In this document: piece by piece, positions 51,804-64,000 of the stretch
Position numbering within the stretch: the first letter of the stretch is position 1
Layout of the letters: each line of letters opens with the position of its first letter
Source of the DNA: Lingula anatina
Lineage: Eukaryota; Animalia; Brachiopoda
Direction of reading: 5' to 3'
Length of the DNA stretch: 64,000 bases
Assembly (NCBI GenBank): GCA_051362555.1
Contig: CM120642.1
Coordinates: 29,450,001-29,514,000, forward strand
The notes under the pieces: generated by a model
Told to the model about the DNA's origin: nothing
The model's input: the letters and a program-made list of their open reading frames with translations, nothing else
Database searches by the model: none
Program-made: the position numbers and the translations under genes

Positions 51804-52437
51804 TGAGAACTTGATAGTCATGACGACTTATATGAAGATCTTGATAGTCATTAGGAGTCTTGTGGGGAAGTTGGCAGCCATGAGGACTCGTATGGAGAAT
51901 TTAATTGAGAGACTATAACAAGTCATGAGGAGTTGTACAGAGAATTTGATAATCATGAGGACTCTTATGAAGAAGTTGATAGTCATGAGGACTCTTATGG
52001 ATAAGTTGATAGTCATGCTTGAGGACTCATATGGAGAACCTGAATGATAAAGTTGTGAAAACTTGCACGATAGTCATTTGATCTTGTATGGAGAACTTGA
52101 TAGTCATGAGGACTCAGAGGGAAAACTTCACTGATAGTCATGAAGACTTGTGGAGAGAACTTGATAGTCATGAGGACTCAGATGGAAAACTTCCTTGATA
52201 GTCATGAAGACTTGTGGAGATAACTTGATAGTCATGAGGACTCATATGGAAAACTTCATTGATAGTCATGAAGACTTGTGGAGAGAGCTTGATAGTCATG
52301 AGAATTTGTGTGGAGAATTTTATAGTCACAAAGTTTCATATGGAGAACTTGATTGATAGTCATGAAGACTCATGGAAAACTTTATAGTTATGAGGACTTC
52401 ATGGAGAACTTGACAGTCATGAGGAATTGTACGGAGA
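51804..52437 (+). repeat. ~30-bp degenerate minisatellite in the 3'UTR of the lev-9-like gene
   Basis: About 20 copies of GAGAACTTGATAGTCATGAGGACTCATATG-like units, starting ~30 nt after the stop codon. Confidence 0.9.
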
Positions 52438-54150
52438 CCCAATGGAAGAAGTGTAAGACTGTGATGAATACTGAAAACTTAGATATTAAGAAAACTTGTA
52501 TTAATTCAGAACTGGACAGTGGCAATTATCAGAATCACAAAAGATGGGCAAAATTGTTAGATTGCAATCTAGATGTGTTGAATATAATGTCAGGAAATGG
52601 AGATTACATTCAAGACTACTAAAATCTAAATGGACATATCTGCTGCTAACCAGAAGTGTTCTTATAGAGTTGCATTGGATATTTTCACTGAATATTGTAA
52701 AACTGCTTCATGTTTTATACAAATACTGGTATTTGCCTTGAATTGCTATGACATTTCTGTTGTAGTCTTGCCATGAAGCATTACTTTGTTGAAAAAGAGT
52801 GGGAACTCTTTACTGTGTCATGTGTGGATTTATTAAAGAACCAAAAAATATTGGACACCTTGAAAATAGTGGGGAAAAAATTAATATTTTTTGGGGAATT
52901 GTTCCAAGATTGATTGAATTGGCAACCAATCCTGCAACAACTACATAAGTTTTACAGGCAAAATTGTCTTATAAATTTTGATTTCTAAATTTTGTCACAT
53001 AATGCTTTTGAACAAGCACAGTATTGTACATGTACTGTACCTCAAATATTGCTGAAATGATAATATAAAAATCTAAGTAACACGGGTCCCGGACTCAAGG
53101 ATTCAGTCATTGTGGAGTTGGATACAAATGGAAAGGCTTAATGTTCCTCTTTGACCTCCTATCCCCTGGGCGTCTTTTTAAGTACATGACCATTTTTAAG
53201 TACAGTGAGGTAGTCCCAGCCTTGTGCTAGTCAAAATGTTCATGTGAGGAAATGTTTACATTGATGGATGTGATGTTAGCTACTTTTACACACCCTTCCA
53301 TACCACAGTGTTCTTACACAAAAATGTACATGTGCCACAGTGGATGTCGTGGAAAAAGACCAGGTATGGTGTATCTTGTATACACCTGTTCATATGCCAG
53401 TATCAGGCATGCAAAAAGAAGATAATAAGGCATGGTAAAACTGAGATACAACACTTGCCTTTTTTTATAAAGTGTACGTGTATGTGACATCCACTCTTAC
53501 TTTTCTCCCACATATCACATACTGCAGTACAGCTTGCAAACTCTGAACCCTATTACTATTATACAGAACATGTGCAACTGCTAGTGTCCTGTATTAAATA
53601 GATAACTTCACTTGCAATATTGGGATGGCCAGTTCAAATATTTCACTTAACTTTGACAAGAATAAATTAATGTGTAAAGCATGTGTAAAATAAATTATTG
53701 TATGTACATGTATGTGTAAAAAGTGTTATAAAATCATACCTCGTAGCTTTCATGTTGGTTGTCAAATAAAAAATATGCTTTTGACATTTGTAATCCAATG
53801 TGGCATCAATGCATTCATGTTCTGTAAAACTGACAATAAATTTGTTTTTATAAATGTACAGTTTGTGCCACAAAATGTGTCCAAATTTTTCATCGGATTT
53901 CCTTGTTTATTTTTCTTTTTTGTCTCTTCAAGAAAAATACATATCCCCTATACTTTAATAAATTGTCCTTAAATTATAATGCAGGAAGCTTCAACTAAAA
54001 CGCCTTTTCTCAAGGTACTTGTAGGTCAACTAAGGGGTTAAAAAGGTACGGCTTTTTTTCAGAAAAAGATCCCCCCTCTGATATTGCTGGGAACAAGCCT
54101 GCAACAACAAAAATATTCCACAAAATTAATACTTGTATATTGTGTCGATC

Positions 54151-54156
54151 TTTATT
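54151..54156 (-). promoter_or_regulatory. Probable AK8 polyadenylation signal (AATAAA on the minus strand)
   Basis: tttatt on the plus strand, ~450 nt past the AK8 stop. Plus-strand AATAAA signals for the convergent lev-9-like gene lie at ~53661-53962. Confidence 0.45.
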
Positions 54157-54607
54157 TACAAAACCATAAGTGTGGCTGTATCAACAAAAACATACAATTA
54201 CAAATCCAATACCTCATTTCAAGCACTTAGGACACAGATTTAGGACTCTTGAAAGCCTTCACATTTATTCCTTACATTTAGACTGGAAAATGTATGTACA
54301 ATATGAAATTTTTCATTTTAGTTATTCAAGAAGGACAACATTAAAATTTAGTAAGTTTCAGCATGGTATGAAACATAGTTATAGACAGCATTCCCATCAA
54401 TTGGTATAAAAATAATAATAAATAGGTTATTTTATGTCATAAAAAGAAATGAAAAAAATTTTTTCCCCATGACAAGATCATAGTCATAGTGGTGGTTTTC
54501 ACCACGGGAAGCTAATTTAAAAATATTCACAGAACATGGACGGCTCAATGTGACCCTATTATCTGTAATCTATGTATTTCATGCACAGTTTATAATGTAT
54601 GATGTTC

Positions 54608-57600
54608 TCAGTCATCAAACCTCTGTGGTATAGGATTCACCATCATGCTCTCCAGACACTCAAACACAGTGTGGGGGTCCTGGTCTGCGTTCACGTGCTG
54701 GGCGTCCACATAGTAATCCGTCAGTTCGTCCACAAAGGCCTGATAAGCCCCTAGCCTCTTCTGGACCTCCTCGGGAGAGTCCTTGGGGGCCCTGCGCAGC
54801 CTCTCTTTCACCTCCTGTGTGCGCGGAGGATTGTACAGCATGTGGTAACGCTCTCCTGTGATGGGGTCGGTGGCACGCAGAGTCAGGCGCTCGATCACAG
54901 AATCATTGGGAACATCCAGAAAGAAAACCCTATGAATGAAAGAAAATTAAACTGATATATATAAATGATATACACATATAAAACTATCTATTAACATTGG
55001 CATGACTTATAAATCCATCAATATTAAAAAGGGTTGTTATATGAATTAATAATAATAATAATAATAAATAAATAAACACTAGTAAATCACTATTGTTATT
55101 ATGAATAAAGCATTATAATAGTTATTCCATCAAATGTTTCTGCTCACACTGTCTACTGCATTGACATCAGTCTCTTTTCTGGCATATCACTGACTTTATT
55201 ATGACATCACGCAGAATCATTTGTGACATTCCTATACGTTACCATTACAAAACACCACATAGAATTGTTATCACAATAATTCCAAATTTAAGGGACTGTT
55301 ACAGAACAGTCACATCACAATGCCTCTTATGTGTCATCATTATCACAGTGACACTACATTAACCTGTCTGTACTATGACATCACAATGCCTTAACACTGT
55401 CTCTACAGTGACACTACATTAACCTCCTGCTGCCTGTACTATGACATCACAATGTCTTTACACTGTCTCTGCAGTGACACTACATTAACCTCTGCCTGTA
55501 CTATGACATCACAATGTCTTTACACTGTCTCTGCAGTACATTAACCTCCGGCTGCCTGTACTATGACATCACAATGTCTTTACACTGTCTCTGCAGTGAC
55601 ACTACATTAACCTCCTGCTGCCTGTACTATGACATCACAATGTCTTTACACTGTCTCTGCAGTGACACTACATTAACCTCTGCCTGTACTATGACATCAC
55701 AATGTCTTTACACTGTCTCTGCAGTGACACTACATTAACCTCCTGCTGTCTGTACTATGACATCACAATGTCTTTACACTGTCTCTGCAGTGACACTACA
55801 TTAACCTTCTGCTGTCTGTACTATGACATCACAATGTCTTTACACTGTCTCTGCAGTGACACTGCATTAACCTCTGCCTGTACTATGACATCACAATGTC
55901 TTTACACTGTCTCTGCAGTGACACTACATTAATGTCCTGCTGCCTGTACTATGACATCACAATGTCTTTACACTGTCTCTGCAGTGACACTACCGTACAT
56001 TAACCTCCTGCTGCCTGTACTATGACATCACAATGTCTTTACACTGTCTCTGCAGTGACACTGCATTAACCTCTGCCTGTACTATGACATCACAATGTCT
56101 TTACACTGTCTCTGCAGTGACACTGCATTAACCTCTGCCTGTACTATGACATCACAATGTCTTTACACTGTCTCTGCAGTGACACTACATTAATGTCCTG
56201 CTGCCTGTACTATGACATCACAATGTCTTTACACTGTCTCTGCAGTGACACTACCGTACATTAACCTCCTGCTGCCTGTACTATGACATCACAATGTCTT
56301 TACACTGTCTCTGCAGTGACACTACATTAACCTCTGCCTGTACTATGACATCACAATGTCTTTACACTGTCTCTGCAGTACATTAACCTCCGGCTGCCTG
56401 TACTATGACATCACAATGTCTTTACACTGTCTCTGCAGTGACACTACATTAACCTCCTGCTGCCTGTACTATGACATCACAATGTCTTTACACTGTCTCT
56501 GCAGTGACACTACATTAACCTCTGCCTGTACTATGACATCACAATGTCTTTACACTGTCTCTGCAGTGACACTACATTAACCTCCTGCTGTCTGTACTAT
56601 GACATCACAATGTCTTTACACTGTCTCTGCAGTGACACTACATTAACCTTCTGCTGTCTGTACTATGACATCACAATGTCTTTACACTGTCTCTGCAGTG
56701 ACACTGCATTAACCTCTGCCTGTACTATGACATCACAATGTCTTTACACTGTCTCTGCAGTGACACTACATTAATGTCCTGCTGCCTGTACTATGACATC
56801 ACAATGTCTTTACACTGTCTCTGCAGTGACACTACCGTACATTAACCTCCTGCTGCCTGTACTATGACATCACAATGTCTTTACACTGTCTCTGCAGTGA
56901 CACTGCATTAACCTCTGCCTGTACTATGACATCACAATGTCTTTACACTGTCTCTGCAGTGACACTGCATTAACCTCTGCCTGTACTATGACATCACAAT
57001 GTCTTTACACTGTCTCTGCAGTGACACTACATTAATGTCCTGCTGCCTGTACTATGACATCACAATGTCTTTACACTGTCTCTGCAGTGACACTGCCGTA
57101 CATTAACCTCCTGCTGCCTGTACTATGACATCACAATGTCTTTACACTGTCTCTGCAGTGACACTGCATTAACCTCTGCCTGTACTATGACATCACAATG
57201 TCTTTACACTGTCTCTGCAGTGACACTACATTAATGTCCTGCTGCCTGTACTATGACATCACAATGTCTTTACACTGTCTCTGCAGTGACACTACCGTAC
57301 ATTAACCTCCTGCTGCCTGTACTATGACATCACAATGTCTTTACACTGTCTCTGCAGTGACACTGCATTAACCTCTGCCTGTACTATGATATCACAATGT
57401 CTTTACACTGTCTCTGCAGTGACACTGCATTAACCTCTGCCTGTACTATGACATCACAATGTCTTTACACTGTCTCTGCAGTGACACTACATTAATGTCC
57501 TGCTGCCTGTACTATGACATCACAATGTCTTTACACTGTCTCTGCAGTGACACTACCGTACATTAACCTCCTGCTGCCTGTACTATGACATCACAATGTC

Positions 57601-59565
57601 TTTACACTGTCTCTGCAGTGACACTGCATTAACCTCTGCCTGTACTATGACATCACAATGTCTTTACACTGTCTCTGCAGTGACACTGCATTACCCTCTG
57701 CCTGTACTATGACATCACAATGTCTTTACACTGTCTCTGCAGTGACACTGCATTAACCTCTGCCTGTACTATGACATCACAATGTCTTTCCACTGTGTCT
57801 GTGGTGACAGAAAATAATGACCACAACTTCCTCCATTTTCTATAACCAAATTAATTAATTTTATTTAACCTCACATTGCCTATGCACTTCATGGACCAGT
57901 CCAGTTATTTGGCCTACCTGTTAGGAGTGAAACCTGCATGTACCAGGTTAGTATGGAGCTTGCGGAATCAGCCGAGGATGGCCGATTGTTAACCTCCTGC
58001 TGCCTGTACTATGACATCACAATGTCTTTACACTGTCTCTGAAGTGACACTACATTAACCTCCTGCTGCCTGTACTATGACATCACAATGTCTTTACTCT
58101 GTCTCTGCAGTGACACTAGTACTACATTAACCTCTGCCTGTACTATGACATCACAATGTCTTTACTAGTACGCTGTCTCTGCAGTGACACTCCATTAACC
58201 TCCTGCTGTCTGTACTATGACATCACAATGTCTTTACACTGTCTCTGCAGTGACACTACATTAATGTCTGCCTGTACTATGACATCACAATGTCTTTACA
58301 CTGTCTCTGCAGTGACACTACATTAATGTCCTGCTGCCTGTACTATGACATCACAATGTCTTTACACTGTCTCTGCAGTGACACTGCATTAACCTCTGCC
58401 TGTACTATGACATCACAATGTCTTTACACTGTCTCTGCAGTGACACTACATTAATGTCCTGCTGCCTGTACTATGACATCACAATGTCTTTACACTGTCT
58501 CTGCAGTGACACTACATTAATGTCCTGCTGCCTGTACTATGACATCACAATGTCTTTACACTGTCTCTGCAGTGACACTGCATTAACCTCTGCCTGTACT
58601 ATGACATCACAATGTCTTTACACTGTCTCTGCAGTGACACTACATTAATGTCCTGCTGCCCGTACTATGACATCACAATGTCTTTACACTGTCTCTGCAG
58701 TGACACTACATTAATGTCCTGCTGCCTGTACTATGACATCACAATGTCTTTACACTGTCTCTGCAGTGACACTACATTAACCTGCTGCTGATTGCACTAT
58801 GACATCACAATGTCTTTACACTGTCTCTGCAGTGACACTACATTAATGTCCTGCTGCCTGTACTATGACATCACAATGTCTTTACACTGTCTCTGCAGTG
58901 ACACTACATTAACCTGCTGCTGATTGCACTATGACATCACAATGTCTTTACACTGTCTCTGCAGTGACACTACATTAATGTCCTGCTGCCTGTACTATGA
59001 CATCACAATGTCTTTACACTGTCTCTGCAGTGACACTACATTAACCTCTGCCTGTACTATGACATCACAATGTCTTTACACTGTCTCTGTGGTGACACTA
59101 TATTAACCTCCTGCTGCCTGTACTATGACATCACAATGTCTTTACACTGTCTCTGCAGTGACACTACATTAACCTCTGCCTGTACTATGACATCACAATG
59201 TCTTTACACTGTCTCTGTGGTGACAGAAAACAATGACCACAACTTCCTCAATTTTCTGTAACCAAACTGATTCATTTTATTTACTTCATGGACCAGTCCA
59301 GTTACTAGGCCTACCTGTTAGGGGTGAAGCCTGCATGTACCAGTTGTTCTCCCTGCTCTGTGGTCTTAGGGTAGCCATGCATCACCCAGCCTCTACTAAC
59401 ACAATCCAGCTGACCCAGCCTCTGCTTTAGGATGTTCAACAGGATGGCATCAGGCACTGGAAATGAATTCAGTTTAATTATTTCTAAGTGAACAACCATT
59501 ACTATGTTGAGAAAGTGTTTGATATCTTATAGTGTAAGCAATGTGTAAATATGCAAGGGACTGAC

Positions 59566-59604
<39 letters not shown>

Positions 59605-60633
59605 GTGAGTTGGTTTAAATAATACTTCTTGAACCAAGAAATAGACCTCAAACAAATAGCATTAAAAAACAATGAAATTGTATTTTGTGGAGACTTTTTT
59701 TCTCTTCCATGAACAATAATAATATAATTGCATTCTTTTCATCTCAACCTCATTAAAGAAAATCAGTGTAATACATGTAATTAAAAAAAAAAAGGGCCTA
59801 CCCAACATGTTTTTTTCCAGATAGGGTTTTGCTGCCAGTCCAGCTTTTGTCTCATCAACAATGGCTTGCTTTATCAACTGACCACAGGAAACTGAAACAA
59901 AAAAGGTTTGAGTAAATCATACATGCCCTTCTGAATATTTGAAGTAAAATTTATCCAAAAAATGTCTAAAATTAGGCATATAAAATAAAAATAAATTAAA
60001 AAAAAGAAAAGAAAAAAAAAGACATATTATTGACCAAAAACAAGCATTTCAGATACTGAGTACTATTTGCATAGTTTATTAGAAACAAAGGAAACACAGC
60101 AACACAAATACTGCTCAATACATAAACATATTTGCACAGTTATATTTATCAACCAATAGAGCGGCTATGACAAGCAATTACCCTTAAAAAGACAGATCTA
60201 TACCCAGTACTTACTATTTACAATGTTATATTTATTAGCCAGCAGAGCAGCTTGGACACCCTTGCCGCTGCCAGTGGGCCCCAGTAACACGACCCTGGGG
60301 TTGTGAGGGGCAGCATTCCGTAACCTGCTGCCCAGGAATGTGATTGCTGCAAAACAATAACTGAAATTACTACCGTATATACATACAGTTGTGACAAAAT
60401 GCCATCTAAGGTGTAATCTGTTTCTACTGTATCCTACAGCATTTGCTGAAAGAAGCTGCTTATATCGTGGTATGATAAAATACATTACAAATTAACTCCA
60501 TAACTGCAAATCCAATTCAAATCAAAATATTCAAAGCCATACATGCATTACAATCTTATAGAGTAGAGGAATCTGAAGGTTAGTGCAATTCTTTCCAATT
60601 TTCATACAAGTATTATTTAATTAATTAATTAAG

Positions 60634-60692
<59 letters not shown>

Positions 60693-61563
60693 ACAATCCT
60701 CTCAAATATTCAACTCTTGCTTTCTTACTTTGGGCAAAGACATCCCCTTTAGGCTGGTCAGCATTGATAACTTTAAGGATCTTGCTATAACACGTCTTGA
60801 GACCCTCGATATGCCTGTGATATACGACAAGTTTATTGACCAGTTCGTCCTCACTGTTACCAGGTACTGGCTCCAAGCGACCCGCGACCTCGGCATTGCT
60901 AGGCCAGTCAAAGGTGGTGTGGTAAACATCTGGAATAACATACATGGACATTAATACCCCTAAGATCACTGATATCATGTTAAAGAGTAAGAGTGGTTTA
61001 AAGCTATTTTTACATACTGTTTCTGCTGCATCTTACACTGTTTTTAACGCATCATTTCATTCACTGTAAGAGAATATGCTAATCATACTGCTTCAAATGT
61101 GATGCATCACAATGTCTTAACTGTGACATCACTGTCCCTCTGTGACATCACAATGTCTCACCTGTGATATCACTATGTTTCATTTGTGACATCACAATAC
61201 AACAATTATGCCACACCTGGCCCCTGATGTAACAACTGATATCAAATATATAAGTAAAAAGTAAACAGGCATCTTACCCCCTGTTTCTGGATCTACTCTC
61301 TTTCCTGCAGCCCTCTCTATCAACACAGTGTCTGGAGCATCCAAAAGGACTGAAATTACATGGAACACATTAGACCAGGTAACCGATAATATTTCTAAAC
61401 TGTCTAGGTAACAAAAAACCTGAAACAATGACCTTCATTGCATTTTTCTGAAAATCATTCTTTCATTCTGTTTCTGAATCAGTCGATTTTAGTACTTTTT
61501 TGTGTATCTATGGTATAGTGTAATTTTTTTCTCTGTGTAAACTAAAAGAAAAAATTTTGAAAA

Positions 61564-61622
<59 letters not shown>

Positions 61623-63499
61623 ATTTTCCTCTTATAGTATCCAGATTCTGATTAATTTACAGACTAACACTCTGCTTTATTTTTAGAGAAATAAATGATC
61701 CCAAGTGAGCATACCAAAATGCTTTGGATATATGCCCTCAGCCTGTAGTGCCAGGGCTTGCTCTCGTGTCTGTGGGAACCCTTCCAACACCCAACCTCTT
61801 TTAATACAGTCATATGACTTCATCCTCTCTTTGATGATCTTCAGCCACAGCTCTGTTGGTATTGTCTGTAAAAACAAGGTAAGGGAGTTAACTACAGTTT
61901 GACTTCATTCAAATGAAAGTGAAAACAGTTATTTTTCATTTAGATTACTCTGAAATGTCAAATAATTGTACCATTATGTTTATTTTCAAAGTAGTACACA
62001 CCTTCTTCACCAGTATCACTATGATAACTAATTTTGTAAATAACAGCCACAGGTCATGTTTATTTTATACCTTATGATTTGTACTTTTGCCTTTAAACCC
62101 TGCTATAAATAAACTTCACTATTTCATTACATGTACATTAAAATACTCAAGGTTTTTTGCATTTTCTTTTTTTTTTTTTTAATTTTGAATTTTGGTCAAC
62201 TCAATACATATTAAGAGGAATATCAGAGAATTAAAATTTTTTATCCTTATTGAAAACTTACCTCATTTTTCTTAATATACTCTTGCGCCTTTTTCCGGAT
62301 CTCAATCTCTGCTTCTTGTATAAGATTATCCATTGTCAGGTATGCAGCACGAATCCTGTTACACACCATTTTTGCAATGGTCCTCTTGCCGGCAGCTGGT
62401 GGTCCCATGATGACCACTTGAGGAGCTGATCAATGAAATTACAGATATACATGATATATATTAGAATTTCATACTTTTTTTATGAAATCATTGTTGAAAT
62501 CTGGAAAAATTTAATCATTTTATTCATCAAATTGTAAATTCATATTGAAAATTGTTGAAATTCCTGTATAATGTTCTTTCCACAATCCACATATTTTGAT
62601 TTCAAAAAGTATACATGGTTTACTGGTATAGGTGTCTGTTATGTATTATACATCAATTTTGTATTTTTAATCTTTTTCAAATGGAATGAAGGGTTTAGCA
62701 AATAAGAGATCAAGCATGCTAAGCATGCTTGAACAGAAGGTGGTATATTTTATGGCTAAGACATATTGAATTATTTTAATAATTAATTAAAATTAATATA
62801 ATAATAATAATATTTTTTCTTGAAATAGGATGTGGAAAGATTTGTTTGAAGTTTTGTTTGTAGACAATGTACATCATTTTTAGCATAGCATGAAAATTCA
62901 TTGCAAAATTGGGTGGCTTTAGCCTTTACAGTATCGTGCAGCTCTAGGTGAGAGTAAGAAAAAAAAAAAGACATTTGAGCCCTCTCCAACAGGTGCAACG
63001 AAAAAACTCAGTTTCTCCATGATGTGGATATTCACAGCCTCAAGAGTACGTAACACAAGGTGTTATGAGACTGTTCTTGTGGTACATGTTAGTACCGAGC
63101 ATGAAACCAGTAAGGTAGAAATTTGTGACAAGCAAGCTAAATACTACTACACACTTACCATCATCACTGTCTCTTTTCAGAAGCTCTATCAAAAATGTCA
63201 GAGGGTCATCTGGTTTGTTTATCAAAAGCTGCTCTAAAAGTTTCTGAAAAGAAAATGGTATAATCTTGAAGTTCAAGTCGATCAAGTTAAAGGTATCATA
63301 TCACATGAAATATGCGTCAGACATTCACGCTTGATAAAATGGCTACACTATGAGCAATGTATATTTGTAAGGCCCCCGCTTGTGTGAATAGGCGATGATT
63401 CAGCTAAAAACCTACCGTATACATTTCAAATATGCCATGTTTCTCTGCGTAAGTTGCAAATTCTGGAGGAATAAGCAAAGGCCGTTTAGTGGCATCCAT
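54608..63499 (-). CDS. AK8: Adenylate kinase 8 (two AK domains, N-terminal docking domain; ciliary)
   Basis: Exons 63499-63416 (MDATKRPLLIPPEFATYAEKHGIFE), 63243-63159, 62425-62262 (P-loop GPPAAGK), 61865-61715 (GWVLEGFPQTREQA), 61349-61278, 60929-60729, 60346-60215 (second P-loop GPTGSGK), 59891-59802, 59456-59315 (GWVMHGYP) and 54929-54608 (DPITGERYH...NADQDPHTVFECLES...). The N-terminus and C-terminus are characteristic of AK8. Confidence 0.95.
55348..59222. repeat. Intronic minisatellite (60-70-bp units, 66-bp consensus) in the last AK8 intron
   Basis: More than 50 copies of gtgacactacattaacctcctgctgcctgtactatgacatcacaatgtctttacactgtctctgca, interrupted at ~57800-57987. Confidence 0.97.
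60634..60692. repeat. (AAAT)n microsatellite; another lies at 61561-61623
   Basis: Read directly from the sequence. Confidence 0.9.
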
Positions 63500-63514
63500 C
63501 TTGAAACTTAGTTT

Positions 63515-63528
63515 GTTGTCATGACGGC
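63515..63528. promoter_or_regulatory. Candidate RFX X-box upstream of AK8
   Basis: GTTGTCATGACGGC resembles the X-box palindrome GTTGCCATGGCAAC and lies 15 nt upstream of the ATG of a ciliary gene. A CCAAT box (gattgg) is at ~63549. Confidence 0.5.
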
Positions 63529-64000
63529 GTGAAGGGGTAATCCCATTTGATTGGTCAGGCTCAACTACCACAATCTTAACCAGCACAATGACCTTAATTT
63601 CACCTTGACCTATTTATTTTACTGCTTTATGAGCAGAAACAGGACTAAACCGGTTGAAAGATATATATTTATAATGCTTCTAGTCACCTAATTGAGCACG
63701 AGCAACCAAGATGGTGTAGACAGTAGCTTCAGGGCAACTAGGGCATGTTGCCTGTGTAATTAACTTCATCGGCAAGATGATTATTATGAGGTAAGACAAC
63801 ATTAACGCGGTATCTGGGGACAAATAATTATTAGGACGGTTTGGAATGGAAGTCCTAGTAATGGATGTCCGGGCTCCCCTGTGATTAGTACAGGTTAGGG
63901 TTAGTTGGAGTATTGGGATTACTATATGGGACGAATGTCACCTGTACAAAGTAGTGGGGAGCGGTTTACGGTTCCTAGCGGACTTCCATTCCTTTTACAC

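Noticed and set aside
51774-52622. Stop-codon readthrough or a coding repeat after the lev-9-like stop
   Set aside because: There is a double TGA TGA stop and more stops follow; the repeat copies do not keep frame.
55514-59261. Cys-rich repeat ORFs (MSLHCLCSDTTLTSCCLYYDIT), superficially metallothionein-like, and a possible CRISPR-like array
   Set aside because: These are translations of an intronic minisatellite. The 62-bp and 70-bp units break the frame, there are no unique spacers, and the DNA is eukaryotic.

Overview
AT-rich, intron-rich animal genomic DNA (marine invertebrate-like, probably lophotrochozoan; the taxon is my inference). The ORF track mostly shows exon fragments, so I rebuilt spliced genes by hand from GT-AG sites and frame phase. 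(1) A cluster of three paralogues of an uncharacterised secreted/membrane family, resembling the N-terminus of Dictyostelium Sib ('integrin beta-like') proteins, with motifs SHFCGSTISW, NxSP, DPDGDxVRCRWA and YAVALTVEDF. Copy A (minus strand) runs off the left edge. Copy B (plus strand) is cut short by a frameshift and has His changed to Arg. Copy C (minus strand) is a complete type I receptor with 8 calcium-binding EGF exons, a TM helix and an acidic tail ending FFYV. (2) A lev-9-like gene on the plus strand: signal peptide, WAP, 8 sushi/CCP, furin site, Ig, CCP. (3) A complete 10-exon adenylate kinase 8 (AK8) gene on the minus strand, whose last intron holds a ~3.9 kb minisatellite that carries a copy of an AK8 exon end. 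There are also several non-autonomous DNA transposons/MITEs, a 3'UTR minisatellite and microsatellites. No database searches were run; family calls come from motif recognition.
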